Assembly (NCBI RefSeq): GCF_000281045.1
Contig: NW_008246073.1
Location: 866,176 to 907,049, forward strand
Origin: Saprolegnia diclina VS20
Taxonomy: Eukaryota
Direction: 5' to 3'
DNA: 40,874 nt
Below are positions 12,176 through 24,159 of this stretch, piece by piece (position 1 is the first letter of the stretch; each line of letters opens with the position of its first letter). The notes under the pieces were generated by a model. That model did no database searches and was not told where the DNA came from. It was given only the letters and a program-made list of their open reading frames with translations. Both the position numbers and the translations under genes were made by a program.

Positions 12176-12252
12176 CGCACGCTCGAATATGAACCGGATA
12201 CTGCTATGTCAAACCGGAAACCGTTTCGAACGAACCGGCGCGGATCGGCGCG

Positions 12253-14761
12253 ATGGACGCGTCGGCCAAGGTGGCCCGAGGTACGTGGCGAAGCGCCACG
12301 CTGCTTCCTACATAGGCGCAACCACGTAGGGCGCAGCGAGGCCAACCTCGAGCACCTCACGATCTCGGTGCCATCAACCTCGCCACTCTACTCGAACGAC
12401 TTTCAGAGCGGCTCGCCATCGCTCCTGCGCCGGTCGCCAACGAGTCGCGACGCCGATCGGTACAAGTCGTCGTCCATGCTGCGCACGCCTACGTCCAAGG
12501 AAGTCGTCTGGATACAACAATATGACCCGCGTCGTCGGCAGTACTACTATCTCAACGGGTCCACGGGCGAGACGACTCTCGCCAAGCCGCGTTTCTTCTC
12601 CAAGGAGCTCCGCGAGCGCAAGAGCGTGGCAGCGCTCACGATGCAGTGCGCACTGCGCTCGCACTTGGCACGCACGCGCGCGGCAGCCTTGCGCGTCGGT
12701 GCCCCCGCAACGTCGCACACGGGCGACGCGGTCCTCGACGAAGCGTACGCGCGCAAGACCAAGCACATTGCGTCGCTCCTCACCGACATTGCAAACCTCC
12801 TCGTGCTGCGGACGCCCTCCTTTGTCAATGCCTCTTCGACAGACAATGACGACGATAACAAAGACACGGAAGGTCATCTCGATCGGGACGAGCTACTTGC
12901 GTTGTATGCGGAGTTTGAGTCGACGCTCCGGTCGCTCACGTCAACCTTTGCCGCTGTCGAGGCCGTCATCCGCGAGCTCCAAGACCAAGCGCTTCTCTTA
13001 ACCAAGCATGAAGACATCAACGAGACGCTCATTCAAGTGCAGAAAGGCGCGGTCCGACTCCACCGAACTATCCTGGAGAAGGATGCTCGCTTTTGCGAAA
13101 TGGACGCGGCGCGGCTCAATGCTGCGTACGCTACCTACACGACGATGGTCGCCGAGTCCAAGCAGCGGGATACGACCAGTGTGCTGCAAAAGGCACTCCG
13201 GCGCTGCGAAGCCATCTTCCGCAGAACCCTGGGCCCGGCTGCGGTGCAAACCGGCCGCGGCATGGACGTGACCAAGGTCGCTGGCAAGGTGTTTGCCGAC
13301 TGGCACGACGCCGTCACAATGGCGGTCGAGAGCGTCCGCGAGCTGGAGGCGGCTGCCAATGTACCAATCACACCTGCCGTCGTTGCCGTCGACGTAGCGC
13401 CGATAGTGGAAGCAGTACCACCGCCTCTCGTCGCAACTGTCATGCCCGAAGTACCGGAAACCAAGAGCCCGCGCCGAAGCTCGTACGACGTGGCGTATCT
13501 GCAAGCACGCTGGGCGAGTGGCCTCAAGCTCCGGGCCAAGGATGCCGACGCGCAGCGACAACGCGCCAGCGCAGCCGAGCAGCAGCGATACCACGCGTTT
13601 CAAGACCGCGTGTACGCGCAAGCCCAGTACCGAGAAGAGCGCAACCGGTGCAAGCTCACCATCTGGGAGGCGGTCGTTGAAGGTGCGCGCTGCTTTGTAG
13701 TAGTATTTTCGATACCAGATACCAAATTGGGTAGGGTGGTCGGTCGAGAAGATGAGCCATCTCGTGGCACAAGAAACGAAAAGGACCATGCAAGACGGTG
13801 TCTCGAGCTTCCGCCTCCGCGACGCGCAGTCAGAGAATGGCCGGACGCTGCTTCAGCTCGCTTGCTGGTGGGGCCACGAGGTGCGACACAGTGTACGATG
13901 ATGGCTCTAGACCACTGGAGTAGCATTTGGTGCGGTACTTTGTCGAGAAGGGCTCCAACTTGGGCCAATTCGACAGCGTGTGCAATCGCTTCACCCTCCT
14001 GCACGACGCGGCGCGCGCGGGCCACGCACCGGTCGTCCGCGCACTGCTCGAGTACGGTCTCAGCGTGAGCGTGGTCGACGCCAGCGGCGACCTGCCCTTG
14101 CACTGGTATGGAGTTCGTGCACGAGCGGCTGTCGACAATCAATAGGGCGTCGCGGCGCAACCATCTGGACGCGGCCAAAGCGCTACTGGAGTGCGACGGC
14201 AAGCCGCCAAGCGCCCACGTTGCGCGATGGAAGAGTCTTGGCACGCGGAATGCGCGCGGAAAGCTCCCGATCGACGTCACTAACTCGTTTAGCCTCCGCA
14301 AGTTCCTCTTGGGTATCCGACATCCTGTACTGTGTAGTAGTGTTGCTGCACCTCGTATGATAGACGAGCAGGACAAGGCGTTGCGGGGCCTCGAGGCCCA
14401 CGCCGCCGAGGCCAAGGTGCCGACGGGTACGACCGACCCGTACATCTATGCACTGCGTCGGCGGGATGCTGTGATTGGGCCCCACGCGCTCGCGGCCGCA
14501 CCGCTTCGGCGAGCCACTTTATTGCTGCCGGCCAAACCGAACCACTTTGGCGAGTCGGGCGAGTACATTGACGCCCGACGACAAAAGGAGTTGCGCGTGA
14601 AGAAGGCGACGGCAAAGGCGGTCAAGCAGCTTACCCGCGACGGCGCCAAGCGAAGTCTGGTGCGCGCGGCAGGTCAAAAGTTGAAAGCCAAGCTACGGCC
14701 GCGCAAGAAGAGCAGCTACGTCGGCGACCCCGACGCCTTCCCACTCGATAGCTGGGACTAA
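12253..14761 (+). CDS. WW + IQ + ankyrin-repeat protein, multi-exon
   Basis: WW-like VWIQQYDPRRRQYYYLNGSTGETTLAKP; IQ-like AALTMQCALRSHLAR; ankyrins GRTLLQLACWWGH, TLLHDAARAGHAPVVRALLEYG, GDLPLHW. Start inferred via an intron at ~12281-12329. Confidence 0.78.
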
Positions 14762-15218
14762 TGGACAGTCCAGAACATTATTTGAGGTAGCTGCTCGACC
14801 TTGTGTTGTCGTCGCTAGAGGATTAGGGTTACGGTTGTATCCCATCTCGATACATATCGAGTCGAGCGAGTGGTTCTACGTCGTAGAGATCAACCGCTTC
14901 CTCCTCATCTTGTCTTTTGGGATATGGAAACTCACCAATGGGAGATACGAGGTTAGAGGTTCGTAAGCTCGAGCGTTAAGGGTGTCGGTAGAGCCCAATG
15001 CAATAACGCGCGCCTGTTCTTGACTGCGATGCTGTGGAAGACTGTAGTCGTACACGCCGAAGACGTAGCTCCTTTACGACCCGGGTGATGCTGCGTAACT
15101 ATCGCAAGCTCGACGATCGTTCGTCGCATCTACTCGCCAGTGTGAGTGCCTAGCTAAATATACCCGCGTCGGCTAATATAATAATGAATGATATCATTTC
15201 TCGGGTGGCGCAGGTAAC

Positions 15219-17462
15219 ATGGAGACGCCGCTGCACCGCGTCGACAATCTCATGTACGCAAGCTGGTGGAACCTCGGAAGCGGACGCGCCTTGTCTGTAG
15301 TGCCGTCGCGACCCGGCGGCTCCATCCGTCTGCGCTGCAGTCGCTGCGCATTGAGGGTGCGTCCTATGACTGTTGTGACGACTACTGACATGACGCCACT
15401 TAGAAATTCTCGCCCAGCGCACGTTGTTTCCACCGCTCGAGCAAAAGGACATTGCGGGGAGCGGGTTCGAAGCGCACGCCACGTACCTCGAGACGTTGGA
15501 CGAATATGTCTTTGGCCAAAACGACAAGTGGGACGCGATGCGCTACATGGCGGTCCGAGAACTCATGCGCGAGTGCGCATTAGCCAAGGTTTGAGCGCTC
15601 CTCAATGTCCAACGTCGACTCATTCTTGCGTGAAGCGAAGTGCGATGCATGCGGCCTGCGTCGCGCGCGCGCTGGAGTGGATCGAAAGCACTGGGAACGA
15701 ACACGACGAGGTTTTGCTCCACTTTCATTTGAGGCGCGCGAAAACCTCCTGTAGATGCTTCGCGCGCCGTCGCTCTCCAAGCTCGAGACGATCAAGGTGC
15801 CGCTACATCGCTCTACATTGACGAGACATGGTTGCTAGCTCCATCGCGGCGCGACACCAGCTGACGTGCGGCCGCGTGTGTCCTTTGCCGACGCGCCAGT
15901 GCCAGAGCAGCTACTCGTACGTCATTGATACAATCCTTGGGCGACAGCGTGACAAGGTCGTTAGCGCTACGAGCAGCGCGATCTTCGAACGTCCCATATC
16001 CACCGCATCGCCGAGCTCAAGGAGAAAGGCATTTCGCTGCCACAGCCACCACCCGTACAAAGCTCTTCTTGTCTCGTCAGCGCTAGCTGAGAACGCATGG
16101 TAGGTAGTGGCGACAGAGCCACCCAAAAGCAACCAAACCGAGCTCCTCGAGCTCGAGCGACAGCGCGCAGGCTACAAGTTTCACACCCCCGAGACCGTGG
16201 CCGAGGTAGCTCTTTTGGCACGAGCGACACATAATCATTCCGATATGGAGATTGCGCTCAATGAAGTGTGGCGCCAGCGCCGCGATGAAGACGCGCAGGC
16301 CAAGGTGCAGGCGAACGAGGTCCAGTCCGTACTGTTTCAGTGGACGATGACGCGCAGTCGTGACGAAGCCGAGCTCCTCCGTAAACAAGTTGGTGCCCGT
16401 CGCGTTGTATCCCAGGGCGTTGATGGTCCTGCGTAGGAGTCGTCGCGCATGATGACGCACCGGCAGTCGACGCCGGTGCTGCCGTCGTCTCGACCATCCA
16501 CGTCTTCGGCGCTAAGCAACCAAGATGATATGGATCTACTGCGCCCGACGCCGACGAAAAGTCTCATGGGCACTGCGCCCGTCGTCATCAAAAAAGCGGC
16601 GTCGGCCAACACCGGCATGCGCTTCCGAAACCCGCTGCCTGCCAACTTCAAGCGCATATCCCACCGCGACACGCTCAGCGTGCACGCCCCGTAGACAACT
16701 CATCGTGACAACGGTATGTCATCATGTCTTTTTGTAGGACCTCGATGGGTCGAAGCTACTCGATGGGCGACGTGCGGCCGATGCTACCCGAGGCCGATGC
16801 GCCGCCGCCCGCGGCGTACTATCCGGCCTCGTACATGCTCAGTGTACCGGCCGAGGCGGCCAAGACGCCGCCGCTCCAGCGAGTCAAGCGCGTGGGTGTT
16901 CTAGAGTTATGTAGTTTGAAAACTTATGGCAGTGGACAGAAAAAAAACAAGATGGACGTGCGCGGACTCGTGCCGACGCAGCCCGTGCCGCTGGACTCGG
17001 AGTTTCGGGTCTTTCACGCCGCGACGACCGCGCGGCAGTGCCCGTCGGTACACCACCCATTGTGAAAGAAGTGTGCTCGACTGCTAGACAGGTGCGTACT
17101 GAGGGCAAGAAGGGCCATGGCATGAGCGCGCTCCGGAGAGAAGAACTCGACGAAGTCGACGCGATCCGTGCCGCGTTCGAGCGCCACCACATGACCTTTA
17201 ACGCGCACGTCTTTGAGCGTGCGCTCTTGACGCCCGAGGACAGACCTGGCCTCGAGTGCGTCAAGCGCCTTCCGACCGCGGGCTCGAAGCTGCCAGAGAA
17301 TCCCCTCGGCAGTCTGCGCCATAGTCTGCACAAGGTAGCTTGCTCTAAGTGCGTACAGCTTGTCATGTTGAACACTAGAGCAAGGAAGGCAAGACGACCA
17401 AGAAGAAGAAGAAGACCAAGAAGCGCAAACCCAAAGGAAAGAAGGCCAAAGCCGCTGCGTAG
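15219..17462 (+). CDS. Highly spliced hypothetical protein with conserved C-terminal ERALLxPED...LPxxGSKLPENP domain and Lys-rich tail
   Basis: A chain of short exons bounded by GT-AG runs from METPLHRVDNL to KKKKKTKKRKPKGKKAKAAA-stop. The exact exon path is uncertain. Confidence 0.6.
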
Positions 17463-17607
17463 CTCTTTAATTAGTCGACATAAATCACCTTGCAAGTTCC
17501 CGTATCTATCGCGTTGGAGACGCCCGACAGTTTGTACAGGGCGGCAAGGCTTGTTGATGACATTGACGATATCGCTTGGGCCAAATCACCAATTTTTGGA
17601 TTTGAAA

Positions 17608-19340
17608 ATGTATAATGGTTACGTGGACTTGTCTCTCGTCACAGCTACTCGTGCTTCGACAAATCCTATCCAGCAACACCCGACCTTTCTTGCTACTAGC
17701 TACGTACTATGTAAATCGTGTACTCCCGTTGTCAGCTACGTGCGTGACCGGCGGGGTAGGGTTCGTCTCCAAACTTAGACTGTGGTCATCGGACGGCGGA
17801 GTATGCGGGCGCACGATGGCATGCGCTATCGCAACACGCGCCCAGACAACGCTTCGAAGCAGGTCCTTGGCGACGGCCTTCTTCGCGCGACGTCGCTCAG
17901 AATCGACGCCCCTTACGTGGCGGCGGCCCCGATCCCCCGGCGCAAGTCGTCTACCCACACACCACCGCTCGCGTCGCCACGCAACATTCGAGACACCATG
18001 TACGACAACCGTGCGGCAAGACTCTTACGTGATACGACGTCGCTGTTGCATTAGCTCGTTTGCCGAAGTGTGGGCAGCCAACCAAGTGCCGACGCCGCGC
18101 GACGAGAGCGTCTGCAGCGACGGCGACAGCACCAGCGTATCCTGGAGCCCGTCCCACGACGTTGCACGAGACGATACATCGTCGTGGGGCAGTACCGTGC
18201 ATTGCATCCGCGAGTGGCTGCTGTACCGTATTTGGTCATCTAGGTCACGTCGTCGAGCGGCACGGTCACACGGTGCTGCAAGTGCAACGCAAGCGAACCC
18301 TTCGGTCCGAAGACCACGCTGACGAAATGGTGGCGCGTCTCGATGGCCGACCGGTCTCGGCCACAGCGTACCGCGAGGTGCCCCTGTGGCAACTAAGCGA
18401 TGACGCGTCGTCCGCGAGCAGTGACGGCGACAGTGATGGGGTGGCAGACCCGGCAGTACGTAATTTGTTCGTGGCGAGCCGTGCGACAAGTGTCTCGATG
18501 TCCTAGGATATCGATAGTCCTCGCAGGTGTGATCCCGGAGATAGCCATGGCATACCCGAGCGACCGCGCACGGCGACTTCGGCCCTCGTGCGCGGCCTCC
18601 AGCGCAAGTTGCTGGTCACAGACCACGTACACATATCGTTATGGCGTGGACAATGCGTTATGTACGTCGACCCAGGACGAGCACCCGTCGTCAGTGGTGC
18701 GGCGTCGCGTTGAGGATGTCCAAGCCAACCGAGTTGTCGTCGGTGGGACCGGTAGCGTCCAAGACGACATTATCGTCCAGGCCATGGAAGCCCGCCGGTT
18801 GCAGCAGGTTCGGCCTTTCTCTCCCTTGAAACATTGAAACATTGAAACTTTGAAACATTGAAAGGTGCCCGGGCGAGACCGCAGCCGGTCGGCGCCGAAA
18901 GCGCGAAAGCAGACTTTGACGGGACCTATCGGCGTCAGTGGTCTTCGCAAGCAGCACGAAGACGAGGTCGAAGCGATTCGACGCGTGTTTGAGCGCCAAA
19001 ACCTGGTGTTCGACCACGCCGTCTTTGAACGGTATACATGACACTATATTATCACGCGTCTCGCCGCTTGAATTACTGTCACGGTAGAGCGCTCTTTGTG
19101 CCCGAAGACCACGTCCATGACGAGTGCGTGAAGCGGCTACCGATCGCGGGCTCCAAGCTGCCCGAGAACCCACTCTTGGCGAGAAAAATGGCCGTCGAAA
19201 AAGTACGTTTTACATGCAGGGATTGCATTCGAAATCGTCTTTGCGGGTAGGGACTGCAGCGCAAGAAGCGCGCACCCAAGCGCCGGCCACGCAAGAAGCG
19301 AACGAAACAGAAGAAAAAGAAGAAAAAAGCGGCAACGTAA
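17608..19340 (+). CDS. Hypothetical protein, tandem relative of the upstream gene (same C-terminal domain and Lys-rich tail)
   Basis: EDEVEAIRRVFERQNLVFDHAVFER|ALFVPEDHVHDECVKRLPIAGSKLPENPL followed by a Lys-rich last exon ending at 19340. Start codon is inferred. Confidence 0.6.
18826..18864 (+). repeat. 8-bp tandem repeat (TTGAAACA) x ~5, intronic
   Basis: ttgaaaca ttgaaaca ttgaaact ttgaaaca ttgaaag. Confidence 0.9.
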
Positions 19341-19567
19341 TCGCATCCCCACGCGTCCTTGGCTGTCCCCAGCTGTTGCGTGTAGCTACTACTCGCTCGC
19401 GACAGGCCTCTCGGTATCTTCTCGAATGCCAGCTGCGTGGGTGGGGGATGTACGCACTACAGTACATGGAGCGCGGCTACTCGAGAGAGCAGTGATGTGC
19501 GAGCTGCGCCTTTGATACCGTGCTTCGGTGGTTCGAATGCCGACGAACTTGAGGTCCGGTTATCAAT

Positions 19568-20624
19568 AGAGAGATTTCGCAACTCACTCCCCGTTTCATC
19601 TGCGTTCTGTTTTATGTGGAAGCAGATGGAACGCAACAAGTATAAATTGTGATTTCGCACTGGACATCCCGTCTTCGTCTGCATTCGAATGCAGAGGAAG
19701 ACGGGAGCAACTACAGCTTTCATTTCGCAAAAATTTCAGAAGGATCCCATCCTCGTTTTGTCTTGTGCTACTACTGCAGTAGCGTGAGCCTCGTCATGAT
19801 CGATTTCTGCCATGTTGTCGCCGCGAGCTTGTGATGTTGCTTCGCCGCAGTCGCCGTATGTCTCGTCAGCGCCGCCGCCAGTTCCTACTGCTAACTTTAC
19901 TCCTCTCGGTTGTCGAGCAGTCGTTGGTCCCGAAAGCGCGCCTCGTCCTCGACTCGATGAACGACGCCGATGCAACCCTGCATTTCCGCTTTGGCGGGAC
20001 TTCTTTGACGCGCCTCTCACGTGCTCTCCAACTCCCGGCCGTCGTTATCGACGAGGGACTGGGTCGATACCTCGCTGTAGAAGCCCTTTGCGTTACTCTC
20101 AACCGCTTGGCCTACCCTCGGCGGTACTGTGATATGATGATCGTGTTCGGTCGGTCGCGTGAGTCTCTGTGCCGCATACACGACTATGTGCTCGATGCTC
20201 TCTCTACAGTACGACAAGTGGGCCGACGTCTTCTTCTTCCAGAGGACACTCGTCGCCAAGCGCCTCCAGAAGTACACGGACGCGATTGTCGCTAAAGGGT
20301 CGCCTCTAACGAACGTCTTGGGGTTCATCAACGACGGATCTAAGATCGGGGCGGTCGTCGTCCGACGAGATTGGCCAGTTGTCAGTCGTCGCGCCAAGTT
20401 GGAAGTGACATGGGCGCGTGAGTTCGACAGGTTAAATAAGGTTAAAGCCTCAAGCACTGTTTGACGCACTTTAACCTACTGAACGAAGACGGGAGCCTTC
20501 GCTCCCCGTTTTTGGTCGATTTGGGTGAATTCTACGATTAGTTTTCAGAGACCTCCCATTTTTTATTGTTTATGACAGGATAGAAGCGCAGATGGAAACG
20601 GGAAGTGAGTTGCGAAATCTCTCT
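19568..20624 (+). mobile_element. Internally deleted PIF/Harbinger-superfamily (PHIS) DNA transposon with ~40-bp TIRs and AAT TSD
   Basis: Left end AGAGAGATTTCGCAACTCACTCCCCGTTTCATCTGCG (19568-19604) is the near-perfect reverse complement of 20587-20624. AAT lies on both flanks (19565-67, 20625-27). Encloses a DDE transposase relic. Confidence 0.9.
19858..20345 (+). pseudogene. Frameshifted, truncated Harbinger-type DDE transposase
   Basis: FRF...L...LQLP...EALCVTLNRLAYPRRYCDMMIVFGRS, a frameshift near 20205, then RLQKYTDAIVAKGSPLTNVLGFINDGS (cf. GFIDGT, first catalytic Asp), after which similarity stops. Confidence 0.85.
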
Positions 20625-21442
20625 AATGCTGCCCCAGGATCGGATCGCACATTGCATCACGCACCGTCGTCTTGGTGGCGCCGAAACGTGTCGACATGCG
20701 TGTAGTGACCAAGGAATGCCCAAGCTCCGTAACTGACTGCCGCCTCTGGTGCTGTAAGTGCCAGCGACTGTTGGGCTTCATGAGCACTCGACCGCTCATG
20801 CAAAGCCGGCATACGACCACATGTCTGCGCCCGCATAAGCGTCGTCCGCACAAGCGTAGCGCTGTTCGTGCAGGGAAACTTCTGTCTTTGACACCACGGT
20901 TTGCGTTTTGCTTGCCTTTTGCTTTGACAATTGTCTTGAGAGACTGCAAGTCCTCAGGTAGACCGTCGGACGTAGCGTTCGCTGCCAAAACCTCTCGTCG
21001 CTACACTCGCTTGGCGTGAACGTGGTGCTGGGAGGTGCTGGTGTTGGTGCTGGGTGCCAAAGGTACCAGCGAGCGGGCGTCAATTACGCGGCTCATCTGG
21101 CATGGCAACATCTCCACGGGCACGACGCCGGAAGCGATAACAGAATGGAATCGACAATTCTGATTGGCTCTTGAAAAATAGATGCACCAATCCAGCGCGT
21201 CTGAGGATGTTGTGGCGATCTTGCTCTATTTTCTGCTGTCGTTCATGGGTTAAGGGCACTACTGATGGCTCGGTTATACGTGTTCGCGTCGACCTCTCTC
21301 TTACTCGAACGCAAGTCCTGTCGTGCTGTGTTTGCTATCGGCAAGGAAGTCCAGAGACCGCATTCCACCTATTTTACGCATCTGGGCGATGGGTTAAAGT
21401 GCCTTCCGGTTGGAGTGCCTTTTACCGGACGCAAACGGGAAT

Positions 21443-22764
21443 ATGGCGACCGAACTCGAAGTGCTTGCAGCGGAACTGGCGGCTGTCCAGCAAGAGCTCG
21501 CGCAAGTGCAATCGTCGACGTCGGAGCGCATCTACAAGCTCAACGAAGAGAACGACGTGCTTGCGGAGGCCAACGAGCTCCTCACGCAAGAGAACGCGCG
21601 CCTCCGGGCCGAGCTTGACGCGCTCAAGGCCCTCGAGAGCTCGATGGCCGGTCTCGCCATCGCCGAGCCGGTGGTGCCCGAAGACCTCTTGACGCCTGGA
21701 AGCGGCCTCTACCCGCAAACCGAGCTCGCGTGCATTGAGCAGGCGCACACGCTCAACGAGCTCTCGGTGTCGGGGCATGTGCTGCGCCCGCATATTGTCG
21801 CGTCGGGCGCGGTCGACCGCTGCGTCAAGGTGCACGACTATGCGTCCAAGGCGCTTCTCGCAACGTTCGACGCTGGCGCGCCCGTGCTCGCGCTCGCGTT
21901 CCACCCTCAACCCGCGTACGCCGACTACCTCTTGGCCAACTGCATGGACGGCCGCACGTTTGTGCTCAAGCTCAACGGCGACGAGCTCACGCTCGTGCAG
22001 GCCTTCCACAACCACACGCGGCAAGGCAACGTGCGCCACGCGTGGCTTTCGACGGGCCTTGCGTTTGTGACGGCGGCCAGCGACAAGACGGCGCACCTCT
22101 ATCGCTTGGACGACGCGACAAGCACGTTCCTCATTGCCAAGAGCTACTACTTCAACGGCACCGTCGAAGCGCTCGCGGTCGTGCCGGCGTCTACCACCCA
22201 TGCTGAGCTCATTGCGCTGGCGGTGCGCGACGACTGCTACCTCCACTACGTCGACTGCGCGACGCTCGAAAAGACTCGGTACATTCCATCCTGCTCTGCA
22301 TCTACCTAGCTCATGCAAACACACACGTAGGCTCAACATGAACACGGACGGGATCGAGCACGTTTCGTACACGATCTTGGACTTGCGCACGTCGCCGAGC
22401 GGCAAGTACCTCTTGGCGGCCACAGACGCCAACCGCCATTTCGTCTTTGAGGTAAGGGTGGCGACAGGCGAATGAAACAGACTCACGACGCGAGTAGGTC
22501 CTTCAGAACGTAGTGCTTCGGAGCTTTTACGGGCACAAGGCCGGTCCATACAGCCAGCCGCGCGTACTGTGGCACGCCTCGGAAAAGTACATTGTGTCCA
22601 ACAACGAAGGCGACGGCGTGCTCAACGTCTGGAGCGTGGCGTCGGAGCGCCTCTTGACGCAGTTTACGGCCCACGAGAAGCTCATTCGCGACATGGACAT
22701 GGCCCAAGGCGTCTTGCTCACGGTCTCGTACGACAAGGCGCTCAAGGTCTGGCGCGATGCGTAA
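21443..22764 (+). CDS. N-terminal coiled-coil + WD40-repeat protein, 3 exons
   Basis: Heptad N-terminus, then WD repeats (VASGAVDRCVKVHD, FVTAASDKTAHLY, SPSGKYLLAATD, LLTVSYDKALKVW). Introns at ~22280-22330 and ~22452-22497. Confidence 0.88.
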
Positions 22765-22826
22765 GAAGAAGGACGATGGAGTGCGGTCGTTATTGTATAT
22801 ATATTAACGGGTATATATAAGACCGG

Positions 22827-24159
22827 CTATGCCATTTGCGCCAAAAGCTCCTTCATGGCGCGAATGTCGCGGACCATGGCCAATGCCTGGCCCTCCCAAA
22901 AGTCGAGTTTGGCTTGAAACTCGGCCAGCTGCGCAGCCGACGCCGGTGTCTTGGTCGTTGGGCGTGGCGAGGCGCTAAGCGCCGGAAGCTCGATGCGCGT
23001 CGATGGCCGCGACCGGTCGGCGCCGGGTGGCGTCGCGCCTCGGCTGCTCGGTCGCGTCTGAGGCGGCGTCGAGCCGCGAAGCTGCTGCGGTGGCGTGGTT
23101 GGTCGACTACCGCCGCCGCCTTGGGACGACGACGTCGAGAGCCGGCCGCCTTGGGACGATGGCCGGCCCTGCGACGACGTCAGCGAGAGCCGCCCAAGGG
23201 TCGAGGACATGGATGACCGTGACGACGCCGTCGAGTCGGCATACGACGACATGGACGACCGCGACGAGGCAGTGGACTCTGTGTACGACGGACTTCCGGT
23301 TCGCTTGGTCCTCTAGCCTCGGTGGCTCAGCCGCGACCGGAAATGCCATCGATCTCTGTACCTGTGGCGACGGCTCGGTCGTTGATGTCGTTGGTGGCGG
23401 CGACGAGTCGGCACTGAGCGACGGCGACGGTGACAGACGAGCCGTGCCCACCGCGCGGGCGGGTCGTTCTGCCGTGCAGCTGCGGTTGTGAATCGCGAGT
23501 CTATGCCTCGTGTCTCAGAAACGTGCGGATCAAGCAACGCTGCACCTCTCTGGGTTGAACGTGCGACCGCAGTACGCACACTTCTCCATGACCTAGCGCC
23601 AACATGAGTGCGCTGCGTGAAGGGCATCGTCGTTAGCCAACCTTTTCCTCAAAGGCTCTGGCGGCCGCGCGGTTCTGCGCTTCGAGCTCGTCGGGCGAGA
23701 GCTGGTAGAGCACGTTGGCTTCAATGGGCAGCTCTTGGGGCGGCTCTGGCACCGGTCGTCGCTCGCGCAGTGGCTTCTTCTCCTCCTATCATCCGGTCGT
23801 GCCTGCGTCGCTCATCGAAAAGACACTGCGAACCTGCGCGATCCAGAGCAGCTTGCACTGCTTGAGATGGATTTCAAACGACGAGAGACCATACTCGCTA
23901 TCGCCAACACGATGAGCTATGCAAAGGATGCGAGCAGCACGGCGTACCGGCCGCAGACGTAGCAGAGGCGGACTTTGGGGCGCCGCGCTATTCAACGAGC
24001 ATGAGTGCACAGTCGCGCCACCGACGCACCGGCGTCCATCTTGGGCGGCTCGGAAACGGCTTTTCGGCGGCCGGGGAATCTGGTTGGGTAGGCGGCGATC
24101 TTGTCGTAGAACGACTTGTCCTTGGTCGGCAAGAGAGGCTGGACGTGCAGGCGCGACAT
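22827..24159 (-). CDS. C2HC zinc-finger protein (zf-C2HC_2; ZNF474/ZC2HC1-like) with Ser/Pro-rich tail
   Basis: Spliced KVRLCYVCGREYGLSSFEIHLKQCKLLW and EKCAYCGRTFNPER...IHNRSC fingers. The final exon includes the 22827..23252 ORF. Confidence 0.78.

Noticed and set aside
14820..14985. TTAGGGTT and similar telomere-like words
   Set aside because: Isolated degenerate occurrences, not a tandem array.
19490..19550. GGTTCGAAT resembling a tRNA T-loop/B-box (also TCGAACC near 4264)
   Set aside because: Flanks do not form a T-stem or cloverleaf.
20623..21110. Minus-strand ORF abutting the transposon, as a gene interrupted by the insertion
   Set aside because: Removing the element and one TSD still gives an immediate stop (CAT TGA TAA), and no family is recognisable.
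21443..22764. ATG16-like identity for the coiled-coil + WD40 protein
   Set aside because: The architecture is similar but I see no ATG5-binding N-terminal helix or other diagnostic motif; left as generic WD40.
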